Shown piece after piece: positions 1-11,172 of a DNA stretch of 64,000 bases. The stretch comes from Promethearchaeota archaeon (GTDB lineage: Archaea > Asgardarchaeota > Lokiarchaeia > Sigyniarchaeales > SOKP01). Numbering within the stretch: position 1 is the first letter of the stretch; each line of letters begins with the position of its first letter. The notes under the pieces were generated by a model. That model made no database searches, had not been told where the DNA came from, and worked only from the letters and a program-made list of their open reading frames with translations. The stretch spans positions 40,482-104,481 of the forward strand of contig JBHLMQ010000010.1 in the NCBI GenBank assembly GCA_048938005.1. The letters run 5' to 3'. The position numbers and the translations under genes were made by a program.

Positions 1-144
1 TCTTTACGAGAAGTAATAATTTTTAGATATATTTAAATATATTATTATCATAACCTTTAATTAAATTTATTATATAAATTTAAATTTTGACAAAAAAATA
101 AGTAAGAAATTCAATCAAAAAAATATGTAAAGTGAATTATAAAA

Positions 145-2433
145 ATGAGAAATTGTTCAAAAAGATTAATATTTTCTCTATTATTTATTTCTATATTATT
201 CCCAATTCTACCTGGAGTAGTAAAAGCTCAAGAAACGATACCTGTTTTTACTGTGGGAGCTTGTGGACCACGTTCCATATATCACTGGGATCCAACTGCT
301 TATGTGGCGAGTACTGGTGACTATTACTTGTATAATGCTCTTGAAAACTTATATGTTTGGCCATACAGTGCGGAAAATGGAAGCCTTGATAATTTAGTAG
401 GAATACTTGCAACCAACTGGTCAATACATGAGAGACTAGATGAAATGAATGATGCGGGTTTTATGAATTATGACGGAATTGATTATATGGATATTACCCT
501 TCGTGAAAATGTTACATTCCACGATGGATCAGATTGGAACGCAACAGTATGTAAATGGAATATTGATAGACTCATGGTTATCCTAGGAAATATCAATTTC
601 TGCCTTGGTTCTACATATGATTCAAATGTGCGTAATACGAGGCCGATTTATTGGATGAGTATAGCTGATTGGGCTCCTTATGCAACATCATCTTGGAATG
701 TAACAAAATTACGTGGGCCTCTAGCTCCTGATATTCCCTATGTTGGTAATTTTTCCAAATACGGATATCTTAGTACTTACCCCGGATTCGGAGATTCATA
801 CTTCCCTGATATCCCATTGGGCTATAATCGCTTTCCTCGATTTACAAATGTAACTATTCTTGATGATAAGCAATCAGGAGGAACACTTAGAGTATATTTT
901 AATGATTGGGGTACTGGTCCACAATATCTCGCTAATATCGAGTTTATCTCCATGGCATCTTATGAAAATTATTTTTATGTTCCAATCTTAGGGTATGGAG
1001 ATAATCCACTCTTTCCACAGGACGATCCGGCAACTTTCCCTGGACATTTAATCGGTACGGGTCCTTATATCTTTGAAAGCCATGTAGGTGATGCCGGAAC
1101 AATGAGAAGATTCGATAATTGGTGGAATTCTTCAGCTCAACAAGCTGAAGGTTGGCATACCGTTCCGAATATTGCTTTAACTACTTTTGCTCATTCCGCT
1201 ACAGGATATACAACAAGGACTCTTGCCATGGTGACTGGAGATATTGACTGGGCTTTCGATCGTTCCTGGGAACCTCTTGGTTATAGTGACATAGTTGCAA
1301 CTCCTGGCTTAAGGTACGTGGATATGGGTACGGAGGATTACGGAGAAATTATCGTTTTAAATTGTCTCGAAGAAACATATTTACGATACTGGTCTGATAC
1401 TGAATTTAACTTAACTGATGTTGGAATTCTAACTGTTTCTGCTTTTAAGAATCCAGATGGAACTATAACAGCACATGGAGTAAACCGTACCCTTAGGAAA
1501 GCGATTTCTTATGCTTTTGATTACAATAAATACTTAAGTTTATTTGGAGGGCGTGTAGAGCGTTCTGGAGGATTTCTTGCACCAACCCATGAATATTATG
1601 ATGGGTCCATACCCCTCGCCTATACAAATCTCACCATAGCGCGACAAGCCCTTCTAGATGATCCATTCTATGAAGCAAAGTGTACTGCTCGAGGCCTAGA
1701 TATTTACAATACGACGGATGAATGGATCGATGTAGCAAATAGTGATCCGATCTACACCTTTGAATATCACTATGATGATGCCCATTTAGAATCTTATTCT
1801 GTGCTAACAACATCACTAGCAGATATTGGATGTGCTATAGATGCTACCCAAGATTGGCCCGATACATATTCAGTAATAACTGATTATGACTTTCCTTTAT
1901 TCACGAATGATGGATTTGCAATTAAACCTTATCATGCCCGTTTTAACGATCTCGGATACATTGAAGCTTATTATGAAAGTACTGGCGTTATTGAGCAAGA
2001 TCCCGGTGGTTATCGCGTGATATCAGATTACAATTCATATCCTTATATGTATCCCTATAAAGGATATAGCAACATGGGCTTTAATTACAATGCAACGTGC
2101 GATAGTTGGATAACAAAATTGTGGTTCCAAAATTCTACTGGAGACCAGATGTATTACAGTGCACTGAGTGATTGGACTCAAAACTTTCAATATCCGATCA
2201 TCTATTTAGGAAATGATAGGATCGGGCACGCTGTTAGTGATGATTGGGATTATGCCTGGTGGTGGAATTTCATGTTGCATTTTAATTTAGTGAAATATAC
2301 ACCTTATGTAGCTATTCCAGTATTAGATCCTTTTATCCTTGGACTTATTAGTGGACTTATAATCGGAGTAGGTGGTTCTGCAATAGTAATAGTAGCCAAT
2401 TCGCTAATTAGAAAAAGGGGGAAAAAAACATAA
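145..2433 (+). CDS. ABC-type substrate-binding protein, family 5 (OppA/DppA-like), C-terminally membrane anchored
   Basis: N-terminal signal peptide; LRENVTFHDGSDWNA motif, IGTGPY, LRKAISYAFDY; C-terminal TM helix plus basic tail. Confidence 0.85.
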   Translation: MRNCSKRLIFSLLFISILFPILPGVVKAQETIPVFTVGACGPRSIYHWDPTAYVASTGDYYLYNALENLYVWPYSAENGSLDNLVGILATNWSIHERLDEMNDAGFMNYDGIDYMDITLRENVTFHDGSDWNATVCKWNIDRLMVILGNINFCLGSTYDSNVRNTRPIYWMSIADWAPYATSSWNVTKLRGPLAPDIPYVGNFSKYGYLSTYPGFGDSYFPDIPLGYNRFPRFTNVTILDDKQSGGTLRVYFNDWGTGPQYLANIEFISMASYENYFYVPILGYGDNPLFPQDDPATFPGHLIGTGPYIFESHVGDAGTMRRFDNWWNSSAQQAEGWHTVPNIALTTFAHSATGYTTRTLAMVTGDIDWAFDRSWEPLGYSDIVATPGLRYVDMGTEDYGEIIVLNCLEETYLRYWSDTEFNLTDVGILTVSAFKNPDGTITAHGVNRTLRKAISYAFDYNKYLSLFGGRVERSGGFLAPTHEYYDGSIPLAYTNLTIARQALLDDPFYEAKCTARGLDIYNTTDEWIDVANSDPIYTFEYHYDDAHLESYSVLTTSLADIGCAIDATQDWPDTYSVITDYDFPLFTNDGFAIKPYHARFNDLGYIEAYYESTGVIEQDPGGYRVISDYNSYPYMYPYKGYSNMGFNYNATCDSWITKLWFQNSTGDQMYYSALSDWTQNFQYPIIYLGNDRIGHAVSDDWDYAWWWNFMLHFNLVKYTPYVAIPVLDPFILGLISGLIIGVGGSAIVIVANSLIRKRGKKT

Positions 2434-2613
2434 AAGAAAAAAACATTTAAAATTAATTTTAAAAATAATTTTTTCTTTTTTTTTTAGTATTTTTTTTAAT
2501 ATGTTATTATAAGTTTAATGCCAGTTAACCAGAATAATATTAAAGTACTTCTTAAGTAAAAATGCAAGAATACTAGCGGAGTTATATATTAATAATGCAT
2601 TCTAATATGCTTT

Positions 2614-2678
2614 ATGAAAGCGATTTTATGCACTAAATATGGACCACTAGAAGTTCTCCAGCTTAAAGAATAGAAAAA
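2614..2678 (+). pseudogene. 5' remnant of an MDR-family (NAD(P)-dependent alcohol dehydrogenase/quinone reductase) gene
   Basis: Translates MKAILCTKYGPLEVLQLKE*, matching the typical MDR N-terminus MKAIxxxxYGPPEVLQLKEVEKP; adding one base at the stop restores ...KEVEK; no further gene follows. Confidence 0.7.
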
Positions 2679-2747
2679 GAAAAATAAATTAGGAGATTCC
2701 CTATGACTAATTGATTTCTTATTAAAAACAGAAAAAGTAAGAAATAA

Positions 2748-4745
2748 TTATTGAAGCTTATCCTTCATTTCCATATAGAAGTCAAGGGATTCCGGATTTC
2801 TTAGAGCACCCCGATTTGCTACTCCCATTCCATGGATAATTTTAGTTACAGCGATTTCAACTTTTTTGTTGCTAAATGTATATGGAATGCCATCTTTAGG
2901 AGCTTGGAATATGAGCTTAGGAACATGCCTTGGTGAGGTCTTTTCACGTAAAGTCTGTCGGATTTTTGCTTGTAACTCGTCGGTTAATTCATATCCTTCA
3001 TTAATTAATACGAACATAATAATTCGGATATCTCCAGCGAACTTTTGCCCAATGACTAAGGAATCTGCAATTTCAGGAAGTTGTTCTACTACGTTATAGA
3101 TTTCAGCAGTGCCAATCCTAACACCCGAAGGTTTTAAAACTGCATCAGATCGACCCCAGAAAGTAATTCCACCAGTATCGCTATGAATAACGATATAATC
3201 ACCGTGTCTCCAAACATTTTTACCGGTATCTTTAAAATGATCAAAATAGGCAGCTTTATATTTTGTCATATTATCATCATCACCCCAGAAATATACTGGC
3301 ATGGAAGGTGCAGGTGCTTCACAAACGAGCTCAGCTTGTTCATCTTCTACTGGTTCTGCGTTATCATTATAAGATTCAACTTTCATTGCGAGCGCTCTCC
3401 CTTGTAATTCACCAGAAAATACAGGTAAGATTGGAATGGCACTTGCAAAACAACCATTAATATCAGTACCACCACTTATTGAGTTAAAGTATAAATCCTT
3501 TTTGATTTCCTGGTATACATATTCAAATCCTTCTGGAGATAAAGTAGATGCCGTTTGTGAGATTTCTCTTAGGGTATTTAAATTGTATTTTTCGGCAGGC
3601 TTAAGTTCAAGACCCATAAGATAATGAATATAAGCTGCACTTGTACCAAAAATCGAAATTTTATGTTTTTCTATTAATTCAAAAAATCTTAAAGGATCAG
3701 GATAAAGAGGATTACCATCATAAATAAAGATGGTTGCACCAACTGCTAAGGCACTAATCAACCAATTCCACATCATCCAACTTGGAGCGGTGATGTAATT
3801 AATTACATCACTCCTTTTACAATCAGTAGAAAGTATTAGCTCCTTTAAATGATTAATAAGAACGCCACCACCACTTTGTACCATACACTTTGGTTTTCCT
3901 GTCGTTCCAGAAGAGAACATAACGTATACAGGATGGTCAAAAGGTAATTGCTCAAATTCAAATCCAGGATCTTCTTCCTTGGAAATGAAATCTTCCCAAT
4001 TTACTGCCTTAGGAATACCATTGACATCTGCTTTACCGTCAGAAATATATGAAACAACGATAACTTTTTCAATTGAAGGAATGGCATTAACTACAGATTT
4101 AACATTCTCCCTGATGTCGAATTCTTTACCTCTGTAATAATACCCATCGACAGTAAAGAGTATTTTAGGTTCAATTTGACTAAATCTATCAATGACTGCA
4201 CTAGATTGAAGTTCGGCCCCGCAAGATGCCCAAATTGCTCCAATAGCGGTTGCTGCGAGCATTGCGGTTGGGGTTTCAATCAGATTTGGAATATAAGATA
4301 CAACTCTATCACCAACCTTTATTCCAATTTCTTTTAGAGATTTTGCTAAGCGAGCTACAGTTTTATTTAACTCGGCATATGTAATTTGTTTTGATATCTT
4401 AGTTTCGCCCTGAAATATAAAAGCTAATTGGTCGTCTTTATACTTCAGAAGGTTTTCTGCAAAATTGAGAAGACTTCCTTCAAACCATATTGCGCCTGGA
4501 AAATGATTGAGATCATCAATTACTCTGTCATATTTCTTGGAATAGATTATACCCGTAAATTCCCACATTGCTTCCCAGAAATTTGGGATCTCTTCAACCG
4601 ACCAATTATATAACTCTTTCCCGCCTTGGATATTTTTCCCATATTTTTCATTAACAAATTTAATAAACCGTGTACTTTCCGCATTCTTTATCCACTCTTC
4701 TGAGGGTTCCCAGAGTTTTTTTCTTACATCACTCATTATTTTCAC
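2748..4745 (-). CDS. acetoacetate--CoA ligase (AMP-forming)
   Basis: LWEPS N-terminus, WFEGSLLNFAENLL, AMP-binding FSSGTTGKPKCMV, WMMWNW, SISGGTDI, GRSDAVLKPSGVRIGTAEIY. Confidence 0.92.
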   Translation of the reverse strand: MKIMSDVRKKLWEPSEEWIKNAESTRFIKFVNEKYGKNIQGGKELYNWSVEEIPNFWEAMWEFTGIIYSKKYDRVIDDLNHFPGAIWFEGSLLNFAENLLKYKDDQLAFIFQGETKISKQITYAELNKTVARLAKSLKEIGIKVGDRVVSYIPNLIETPTAMLAATAIGAIWASCGAELQSSAVIDRFSQIEPKILFTVDGYYYRGKEFDIRENVKSVVNAIPSIEKVIVVSYISDGKADVNGIPKAVNWEDFISKEEDPGFEFEQLPFDHPVYVMFSSGTTGKPKCMVQSGGGVLINHLKELILSTDCKRSDVINYITAPSWMMWNWLISALAVGATIFIYDGNPLYPDPLRFFELIEKHKISIFGTSAAYIHYLMGLELKPAEKYNLNTLREISQTASTLSPEGFEYVYQEIKKDLYFNSISGGTDINGCFASAIPILPVFSGELQGRALAMKVESYNDNAEPVEDEQAELVCEAPAPSMPVYFWGDDDNMTKYKAAYFDHFKDTGKNVWRHGDYIVIHSDTGGITFWGRSDAVLKPSGVRIGTAEIYNVVEQLPEIADSLVIGQKFAGDIRIIMFVLINEGYELTDELQAKIRQTLREKTSPRHVPKLIFQAPKDGIPYTFSNKKVEIAVTKIIHGMGVANRGALRNPESLDFYMEMKDKLQ

Positions 4746-4898
4746 AAATTATACTTATTAAATCATTCTCGAAAACTGAATTAAAAAATATTTGAATATA
4801 GTATATATTAATAGTATCACATAATAGTCGATATAATAAGAATTAAACGTTTAGAATAAAAATAATATTTTGACCTTTTCCAATCTATAACCTTTAAT

Positions 4899-6380
4899 TC
4901 AAGAAACCTTTTTTCTATATTCTACATATTCACATATTTTTGCTAGAGCATTTACAGGTCTATCCCATAATTTGAACAGCAAAGCTCTATTTTTTCTTAG
5001 TCGTTTTGACCAAGGACTGTTAAAATTCATGGGATTTACATATAATATTGGTATTGAAAATTTTTGAGAGTTGTTCATTGTTGGTTGGAGTAATTTCTGA
5101 GCTAATCTATCTATAATTTCATCAGGCTGATGTTGGAATTCAGCATGTTTTGCTATTTGATCGTATTTAAGATATTCATCCAAAACTTCTTGGAAGCCCA
5201 CTACTCCATATTGAATAATTGCGTCAATTTCTCCTGATTTCATCAATATTTCAGGCAATGTAATATAAAAGTAAGGTAAATTCATATCAAATGTACAATC
5301 TATAGGATTTTCGAAAGTCGCAGTTGGAGGCAAAACGCTTTTTAATTCTTTTTGGAGAGATCCTGAGAATTCTGGAACAATTAGACCATGATTTTCAGCA
5401 TTATTGGCCACCATTGCTCCTGGACCCCCCGAATTTGTTATAATTCCAAGTCGATTTCCTTTAGGTATTATCCCTTTTGAAAAAATAAGAGCAATATCTA
5501 AAAATTCTTGAACGTAATCCGTTTTAATAATACCAGTCTCTTTAAAAAGACCTTCATATATCTTAGAATGTCCTGCTATAGATCCTGTATGACTTTGTAA
5601 TGCACGATTACCTGCCTTTGAACCGCCTACATAAATTGCGATTATTGGTTTTTTCGGAGTAATACTTTTCACTAATTCTAAGAATTTTTTCCCCCTTTTT
5701 ATTTCCTCAATATATAATCCGATTATTTCAGTATATTCATCGTTCTTATAATACTCTAAACAATCTACAATATCAACATTTGCCTCATTTCCAACAGATA
5801 AAGATCTACTCAGCCCTAAATCTAAATTCTCAGGATCATACCATATATGACATGAAAGCGTACCAGATTGAGATGCTATTGAGAATTTACTCCTTTTAAG
5901 ATTTTCCCAGATATAGATATTAAAGGATTTATTTTCTTCTTCTGGTCCAAACCAATTATTATAAATTCCCAAACAATTAGGACCAATAAATCTAATCCCA
6001 TATTCTTCAGCAATATTATTGATTTCTTCAGTTAGGGTATTTTTACGGTCTCCAATTAATTCACGAAAGCCTCCAGAAATTAAAACTATCCTTTTAACTC
6101 CTTTTTTTCCACACTCCTTAAAAATTTGGGGTACAATATTAGCAGGGAGGACAATAACTACAAGATCGGGAACCTCGGGTACATCTGCGATATATTTATA
6201 AGCCTGGAATCCCATTACTGCTTCTAATTTTAAATGTATTGGATATACATTCCCATCATATCCAGATTTAATTAAATTCATAATCTGAAGACCTGCTAAT
6301 GAATTACCCTTGTTATTAGCTCCATAAATAGCGACGCTTTTCGGATGTAAAAATCCATGTAAGAAGTGAGATTCATTCAT
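4899..6380 (-). CDS. ADP-forming acyl-CoA synthetase, alpha-subunit-like (CoA-binding)
   Basis: PKSVAIYGA, GPNCLG, SQSG, GNEA, SHTGSIAG phospho-His motif, TNSGGPG, NPID. Confidence 0.88.
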   Translation of the reverse strand: MNESHFLHGFLHPKSVAIYGANNKGNSLAGLQIMNLIKSGYDGNVYPIHLKLEAVMGFQAYKYIADVPEVPDLVVIVLPANIVPQIFKECGKKGVKRIVLISGGFRELIGDRKNTLTEEINNIAEEYGIRFIGPNCLGIYNNWFGPEEENKSFNIYIWENLKRSKFSIASQSGTLSCHIWYDPENLDLGLSRSLSVGNEANVDIVDCLEYYKNDEYTEIIGLYIEEIKRGKKFLELVKSITPKKPIIAIYVGGSKAGNRALQSHTGSIAGHSKIYEGLFKETGIIKTDYVQEFLDIALIFSKGIIPKGNRLGIITNSGGPGAMVANNAENHGLIVPEFSGSLQKELKSVLPPTATFENPIDCTFDMNLPYFYITLPEILMKSGEIDAIIQYGVVGFQEVLDEYLKYDQIAKHAEFQHQPDEIIDRLAQKLLQPTMNNSQKFSIPILYVNPMNFNSPWSKRLRKNRALLFKLWDRPVNALAKICEYVEYRKKVS

Positions 6381-6501
6381 AAATATTCCCTTATATCAAA
6401 AAATATTGCATGATTTTAAAACCTAAATTTTTAAATAAATAAAAAGAAATATAAAAATCTAAGATTTTCAAAAAAAGTCATATTAATGAATCCTAAATGA
6501 A

Positions 6502-7851
6502 CTACTTAACTTTTCCCTTAAAACATAAGATCAATAACTCCTTCATCTTTCTTTTTATAAGAGAAAATAAATGAATTATATTACGCAAAAATATACCTGT
6601 TTCTCCCAAAGCTAATAAAGAATAAAAAAACGCTCCTGAAAATAAATATTTTACAGTATCTAAAAATGATTTTTGCTTTTTATAATTCTTCTTTGTATAA
6701 ACCTTCTCAAATTGAGCTACTATATTATCAATATGTGTATAATCTTTTATTTCACTTGAGATATTCTTAAAATCATTCTTTTTTAATAATAATTCAATTT
6801 GTGAAGCATATCCTTTTGGATTACTACTATTGACAATTATTCCATTTAATCCATGCTTAACAAAATCAGTAGCGCCTGATTTCTTGTCAATTATTACAGG
6901 AGTATCGTGGCTTAATGCTTCTGCAACACAATTATTAAAAGTATCATATATTGCAGGACTAACGAATATATCAGCTTTATGATAATACTTAGTTAGTTTC
7001 TCTTTACTAACTATTCCTGTAAATTTAATTTTATTAGAAACTCCTTCTTTTATTGCTAGTTCTTGAAGAAGACTTCTGTTGGATCCATCACTTGTGATAA
7101 TGCATTTAAAATCAGTTTTAACACATTTTAAAGCTTTGATTAAAACATCAACTCTTTTTTCAGGGCTTAATCTGCCAACATGTAATATTAAAGGAATTTC
7201 ATTCTTCTTCTTAGTCTTTTTATATATACCTAAGTCTATAGGATTAGGAACTACAAAAATTTTTTCTCGATGAATACCATTATTAATTAAAATCTTTTTG
7301 GAAAAATTACTAGGAGTAGTTATCCAAGTACCAATATTATGATATGAAAGCCACCACCAGACTAACTTTTTACTAATTTTGCTTAATAAATCTAGAAATT
7401 TGGATTTATGAGCTAATCTCAAAGCTCTTGATTTTTCATAATATGTTGACTTCAACTGATCTGTATGTATTTCTAAATATTGAGGGAGTAATGTATGAAA
7501 TGTAGAGATTAATGGAATTTTCTTTAATCTGCTTAATATTAATGCACTTAATCCCATTGATAAATGTGAATTTGAGTGTATTACATCAAAATCTACTTTC
7601 TTAGCAATCTTAAATACTCTTCTAATAGGTACTGTATATCTCATCATATAATCTTCATAAAACCTAAAAATTCGCCCTTGGAATTTATGAATTATAACAC
7701 CCTCAATTATTTCATCAGAGTTTTTATCTGATAATGCAAAAATATGAACAGTATTGCCTGCTTTTTTAAGTCCCTTTGATATTCTCCATACAGCATCTAC
7801 AATACCATTTGTACAGGGCATAAATGTGTCTGTGAATATTGCAACTTTCAT
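6502..7851 (-). CDS. glycosyltransferase family 4 (GT-B)
   Basis: MKVAIFTDTFMP..NG, TFHT, VPNPID, VGRLSPEKRVD, DTFNNCVAEAL; hydrophobic C-terminal extension. Confidence 0.88.
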   Translation of the reverse strand: MKVAIFTDTFMPCTNGIVDAVWRISKGLKKAGNTVHIFALSDKNSDEIIEGVIIHKFQGRIFRFYEDYMMRYTVPIRRVFKIAKKVDFDVIHSNSHLSMGLSALILSRLKKIPLISTFHTLLPQYLEIHTDQLKSTYYEKSRALRLAHKSKFLDLLSKISKKLVWWWLSYHNIGTWITTPSNFSKKILINNGIHREKIFVVPNPIDLGIYKKTKKKNEIPLILHVGRLSPEKRVDVLIKALKCVKTDFKCIITSDGSNRSLLQELAIKEGVSNKIKFTGIVSKEKLTKYYHKADIFVSPAIYDTFNNCVAEALSHDTPVIIDKKSGATDFVKHGLNGIIVNSSNPKGYASQIELLLKKNDFKNISSEIKDYTHIDNIVAQFEKVYTKKNYKKQKSFLDTVKYLFSGAFFYSLLALGETGIFLRNIIHLFSLIKRKMKELLILCFKGKVK

Positions 7852-7934
7852 TATAATCTTATATTATAAGTTTTTTATAAAGATATCTTTTGTGTAGAAT
7901 GTATATATTTATATAATCTAATTTTTAATTTAGT

Positions 7935-9122
7935 ATGGTAAAAATATTTGAAGGATTAAGAATCCTTGATTGTTCACAATTTATCTCTGGCCCTTGGACT
8001 AGTACCTTTTTCGCAGATCAAGGCGCAGAAGTAATAAAAGTTGAACCTCCGCCTTTTGGTGAGGCATTCCGTTTATTTAATCTTTATGATAAAACAATAT
8101 TTCCCTTATTTTGCATTTTAAATCGAGGAAAAAAATCTATATCACTCGATTTAAGAAGGGAGGAAGCAAAAGAGATTTTCAAGAAATTAATAGAAAAATC
8201 AGATGTTCTTGTAGAAAACTTTGTAAAAGGTACAATGGAAAAATGGGGATTAGGGTATGAAATATTAAAGGAAATTAACCCGAAGTTAATATACGCAAAG
8301 ATCTCTGGTTTCGGTAATGAGGGATTAGACAAATATACTAAAAAAACGGCTTTCGATATAATTATCCAAGCGCAAGCAGGAATTCTTGATGCATTAAACA
8401 TAAAGGAGGGACCCCCTAGATTACCTATAGCAGATTACACAGCAGGTCATATATGTGCCATTGGAATAAGTCAGGCATTATACCATAGAGAAAGAACGGG
8501 TAACGGTCAATTTATTGATATATCTATGCATGATGTCATGTTTTCTATAAACATTAGGGCTCAAGTCAAGGAGTTTATGCCACTTGCTAAAATGGAAATA
8601 GGTTCTAAATTTTTGCCTGTATATAACCAGTACCATTGTAAAGATGGATTAATTGCCATGACCACTCTTACAGAAAATCAATGGAAGAGATTATGTGAAA
8701 ATGTTTTAAGAAAACCAGAACTAATAAAGGATCCTCGTTTTGATAACCCAATTAAACGCTTTGATTATGTAGAATTACTTGATAAAATAATAGAAGAATG
8801 GAGTAATCCATTAAGTCGAGCAGAAGCTATAGAGCAATTAGAAGCGGTAAGAATACCTTGTGGGGAAACTTATACTATGGAGGAAGTACATTCACATCCA
8901 AATCTTAAAGAAAGAAGTATGCTGTGTGATCAATTTGATTTCTCTAAATGGGGAGTTAAAAAAGCTACGATCCCTAATCGCTTGATAAATTTTTCAGATA
9001 CGATAGGTTCCGTTGAGGCTTCAGGGCCTGAATTTGGAGCTCATAATGAAGAAATTTATTGTGATCTACTTGGGTATCATAAAGAAGAACTTAAACGTTG
9101 GAGACAAAAAAAGTTAATATAA
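7935..9122 (+). CDS. class III CoA-transferase (CaiB/BaiF family)
   Basis: GLRILD..QFISGP, GAEVIKVEPP, NRGKKSISLDL, DVLVENF, ISGFG, catalytic IAD, GQFIDISM. Confidence 0.92.
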   Translation: MVKIFEGLRILDCSQFISGPWTSTFFADQGAEVIKVEPPPFGEAFRLFNLYDKTIFPLFCILNRGKKSISLDLRREEAKEIFKKLIEKSDVLVENFVKGTMEKWGLGYEILKEINPKLIYAKISGFGNEGLDKYTKKTAFDIIIQAQAGILDALNIKEGPPRLPIADYTAGHICAIGISQALYHRERTGNGQFIDISMHDVMFSINIRAQVKEFMPLAKMEIGSKFLPVYNQYHCKDGLIAMTTLTENQWKRLCENVLRKPELIKDPRFDNPIKRFDYVELLDKIIEEWSNPLSRAEAIEQLEAVRIPCGETYTMEEVHSHPNLKERSMLCDQFDFSKWGVKKATIPNRLINFSDTIGSVEASGPEFGAHNEEIYCDLLGYHKEELKRWRQKKLI

Positions 9123-9185
9123 TATAGTATATGGATTTTAATATTTAAAAGAATTATTTTACTAAAAAAAAAAAGGTAAATAAAA

Positions 9186-9482
9186 ATGAGTGATGAAGGA
9201 GAAGAAAAAGAAAATTTCATAGAAAAACTGAATAAATCTTTTACTGACTTCTTTGGAAATATTTTCGGTGAAAGTGGAAAAGATTTTTTTGAAGAAACTT
9301 CCGAAAAAATCAAAGATTTCTCTTCTGAGGCTATAAAGAAAATAATGGAATTTAGCGATGATGCTCTTGAAAAACTTAATTTAAATGAAAATGAACAAGT
9401 AATAAAAGCTCGTGACAGCATAGAAGATATGTTAAAACAAGCAGGTCTCTTGAAAGAAGACGAAGAAGAAGAGGAATTTTAA
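9186..9482 (+). CDS. hypothetical small acidic helical protein
   Basis: 98 aa ORF with AGGT upstream, coding-like composition, acidic tail. Confidence 0.7.
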   Translation: MSDEGEEKENFIEKLNKSFTDFFGNIFGESGKDFFEETSEKIKDFSSEAIKKIMEFSDDALEKLNLNENEQVIKARDSIEDMLKQAGLLKEDEEEEEF

Positions 9483-9565
9483 TTAGAAATTTAACATTTA
9501 GAATTCAAATTTTATTCTATACTCTATTTATTTTAATTTTAAGAATTTATTCTTAGAAAAGGAAG

Positions 9566-9808
9566 TTATAGGACATCCGCATTTTTTAAAAAAGATTTAA
9601 TTTCTTCTTGAGTTGCATTGAAAAGTTCTGATAAAACCATTAAAGATGTTTGTTCATCCATTCCGGCGCCCGTATAATCTTGATATAATTGAATCCACGT
9701 TTCTTTCTGGATATATTTATCTAGATGTTCTTTTTGAATATGTTGCCAATAAGGATGTTGCAACTCAACACCGCAGTATGGGCAAAAACGAGATTCTTCT
9801 TCACTCAT
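9566..9808 (-). CDS. small C2H2-type zinc-finger protein
   Basis: CPYC...HIQKEH ligands followed by a helical domain. Confidence 0.7.
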   Translation of the reverse strand: MSEEESRFCPYCGVELQHPYWQHIQKEHLDKYIQKETWIQLYQDYTGAGMDEQTSLMVLSELFNATQEEIKSFLKNADVL

Positions 9809-9940
9809 ATAATTATTCCCTTACCTTTTTTATCACTTAATTTTTTTTCTGAATAATTTTAATAAACCAATATTAGTATAAAAAATTTTTAATTTCAAAA
9901 AGTTAAAAAATGAGTATTTAGAGATTTTTTTTAGAATATT

Positions 9941-10468
9941 TTATGCCCATTTTTTTTTCAATTCGGAAGCTGTCAGTTTTCTTATTTGATCTATAGCAAA
10001 AATTACATATTTATAGCATTGTCTTTCCCAAACCTTATTACTAAGATACTCATTCACTGAATTTAAATCATTAAAATCTGTACCGCATAATTCTTGACAT
10101 GATACAGACCCGAATTCTTTTTCAAAATAATGAGTAAAAATTGCTGCTTTTTGATAGGTTTTCAAATGGTCCTTAGGTTTAAGTCTTTTATGACCACCTA
10201 ATATCACCCCTATTGCTGCACACCCTCCACATACAGCACCACACGGCCCTTTCCAATTTTTTATTGATTTAAATCCTCCAAATCCTCCAGCAAGAGGAAT
10301 TGCAAGATTGTTGAAGTAAAAACTATTTAAATCCGAAATTCCAAGTATATCTATAATATTTGTAAGCGTAAGAGCAGCACAATTTCTTCCTCCTTCTAAC
10401 TTTGGTAATGTTTCTTCAAGTTTTTTAATTTTCTCTTCAAACTTGGAATCCAAATCTTTTTTTGCCAT
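9941..10468 (-). CDS. C_GCAxxG_C_C family redox-active protein
   Basis: NCA, LAGGFGG, GPCGAVCGG, FGSVSCQEL, terminal C; start moved to MAKK (ORF track starts at 10537). Confidence 0.85.
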   Translation of the reverse strand: MAKKDLDSKFEEKIKKLEETLPKLEGGRNCAALTLTNIIDILGISDLNSFYFNNLAIPLAGGFGGFKSIKNWKGPCGAVCGGCAAIGVILGGHKRLKPKDHLKTYQKAAIFTHYFEKEFGSVSCQELCGTDFNDLNSVNEYLSNKVWERQCYKYVIFAIDQIRKLTASELKKKWA

Positions 10469-10725
10469 TTTTATATTCAACTTTTTACTAATCTTGATTG
10501 AATAAAAAATGATATTAAATAAAAATTTAGAGATCAACTATTTTTTTGAGCAAGAGATCTTTACCAATTCAATTTTTTTTGCAATAAGGGGATTTTAATC
10601 CTACTTCTCTTACTTATTTTTAGTGTAAATTACACTTTGTTTAAAATTAAATATGAAAACCTTTTTTATTTTCTTAATAGAATTTTCTTACATAATAAAA
10701 ATTTAAATTCAATTCTGACCTTAAA

Positions 10726-11172
10726 TTGAAAGAACTTTACGAGATTGGTTTTGTATTTCGTGGATTTGTCCTTGTGAACCATATCTTCAAACAATTACCA
10801 GTTCAAAAAGAACAAGGAATAAATAAGGATCTTAGAGGTGCATTTATTTCTGCTATTAACACATTTGCCGATACGGCCTTCAATAAAAGTTCTTTAGAAT
10901 ATTTAGAGTCAGGAAATATTCTATTTATCTTTAAAATATCTGAAATTCAATCAGAAGATAATCGTGATAAAGAACCAATAATTCTATATGGATTAGTTGA
11001 TAAATCAAAAAAAAAATCCGATAAACTTGTTAGAAAATTTTTTGAAAAGGTTACCCCCATATTAGAATTGTTTGTTCAAAGATTCGATCAGGCAAATTTT
11101 ACAGAATTAAATCAATTTGAACCTTTTAAGGATGTAATGCGGGAGTTTTTTATAAAAAAAATTCAAGAATAA
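10726..11172 (+). CDS. stand-alone longin-like domain protein
   Basis: Pattern strand-G-strand, DLRGAFISAINTFA helix, LEYLESGNILFIF hairpin, IILYGLVD, then LELFVQRF...FEPFKDV, typical of Asgard longin-fold proteins (recognised by eye). Confidence 0.65.
   Translation: MKELYEIGFVFRGFVLVNHIFKQLPVQKEQGINKDLRGAFISAINTFADTAFNKSSLEYLESGNILFIFKISEIQSEDNRDKEPIILYGLVDKSKKKSDKLVRKFFEKVTPILELFVQRFDQANFTELNQFEPFKDVMREFFIKKIQE

Noticed and set aside
6502-7851. GT4 gene as a foreign insertion
   Set aside because: Looks AT-rich and isolated, but no flanking repeats seen and composition could not be quantified
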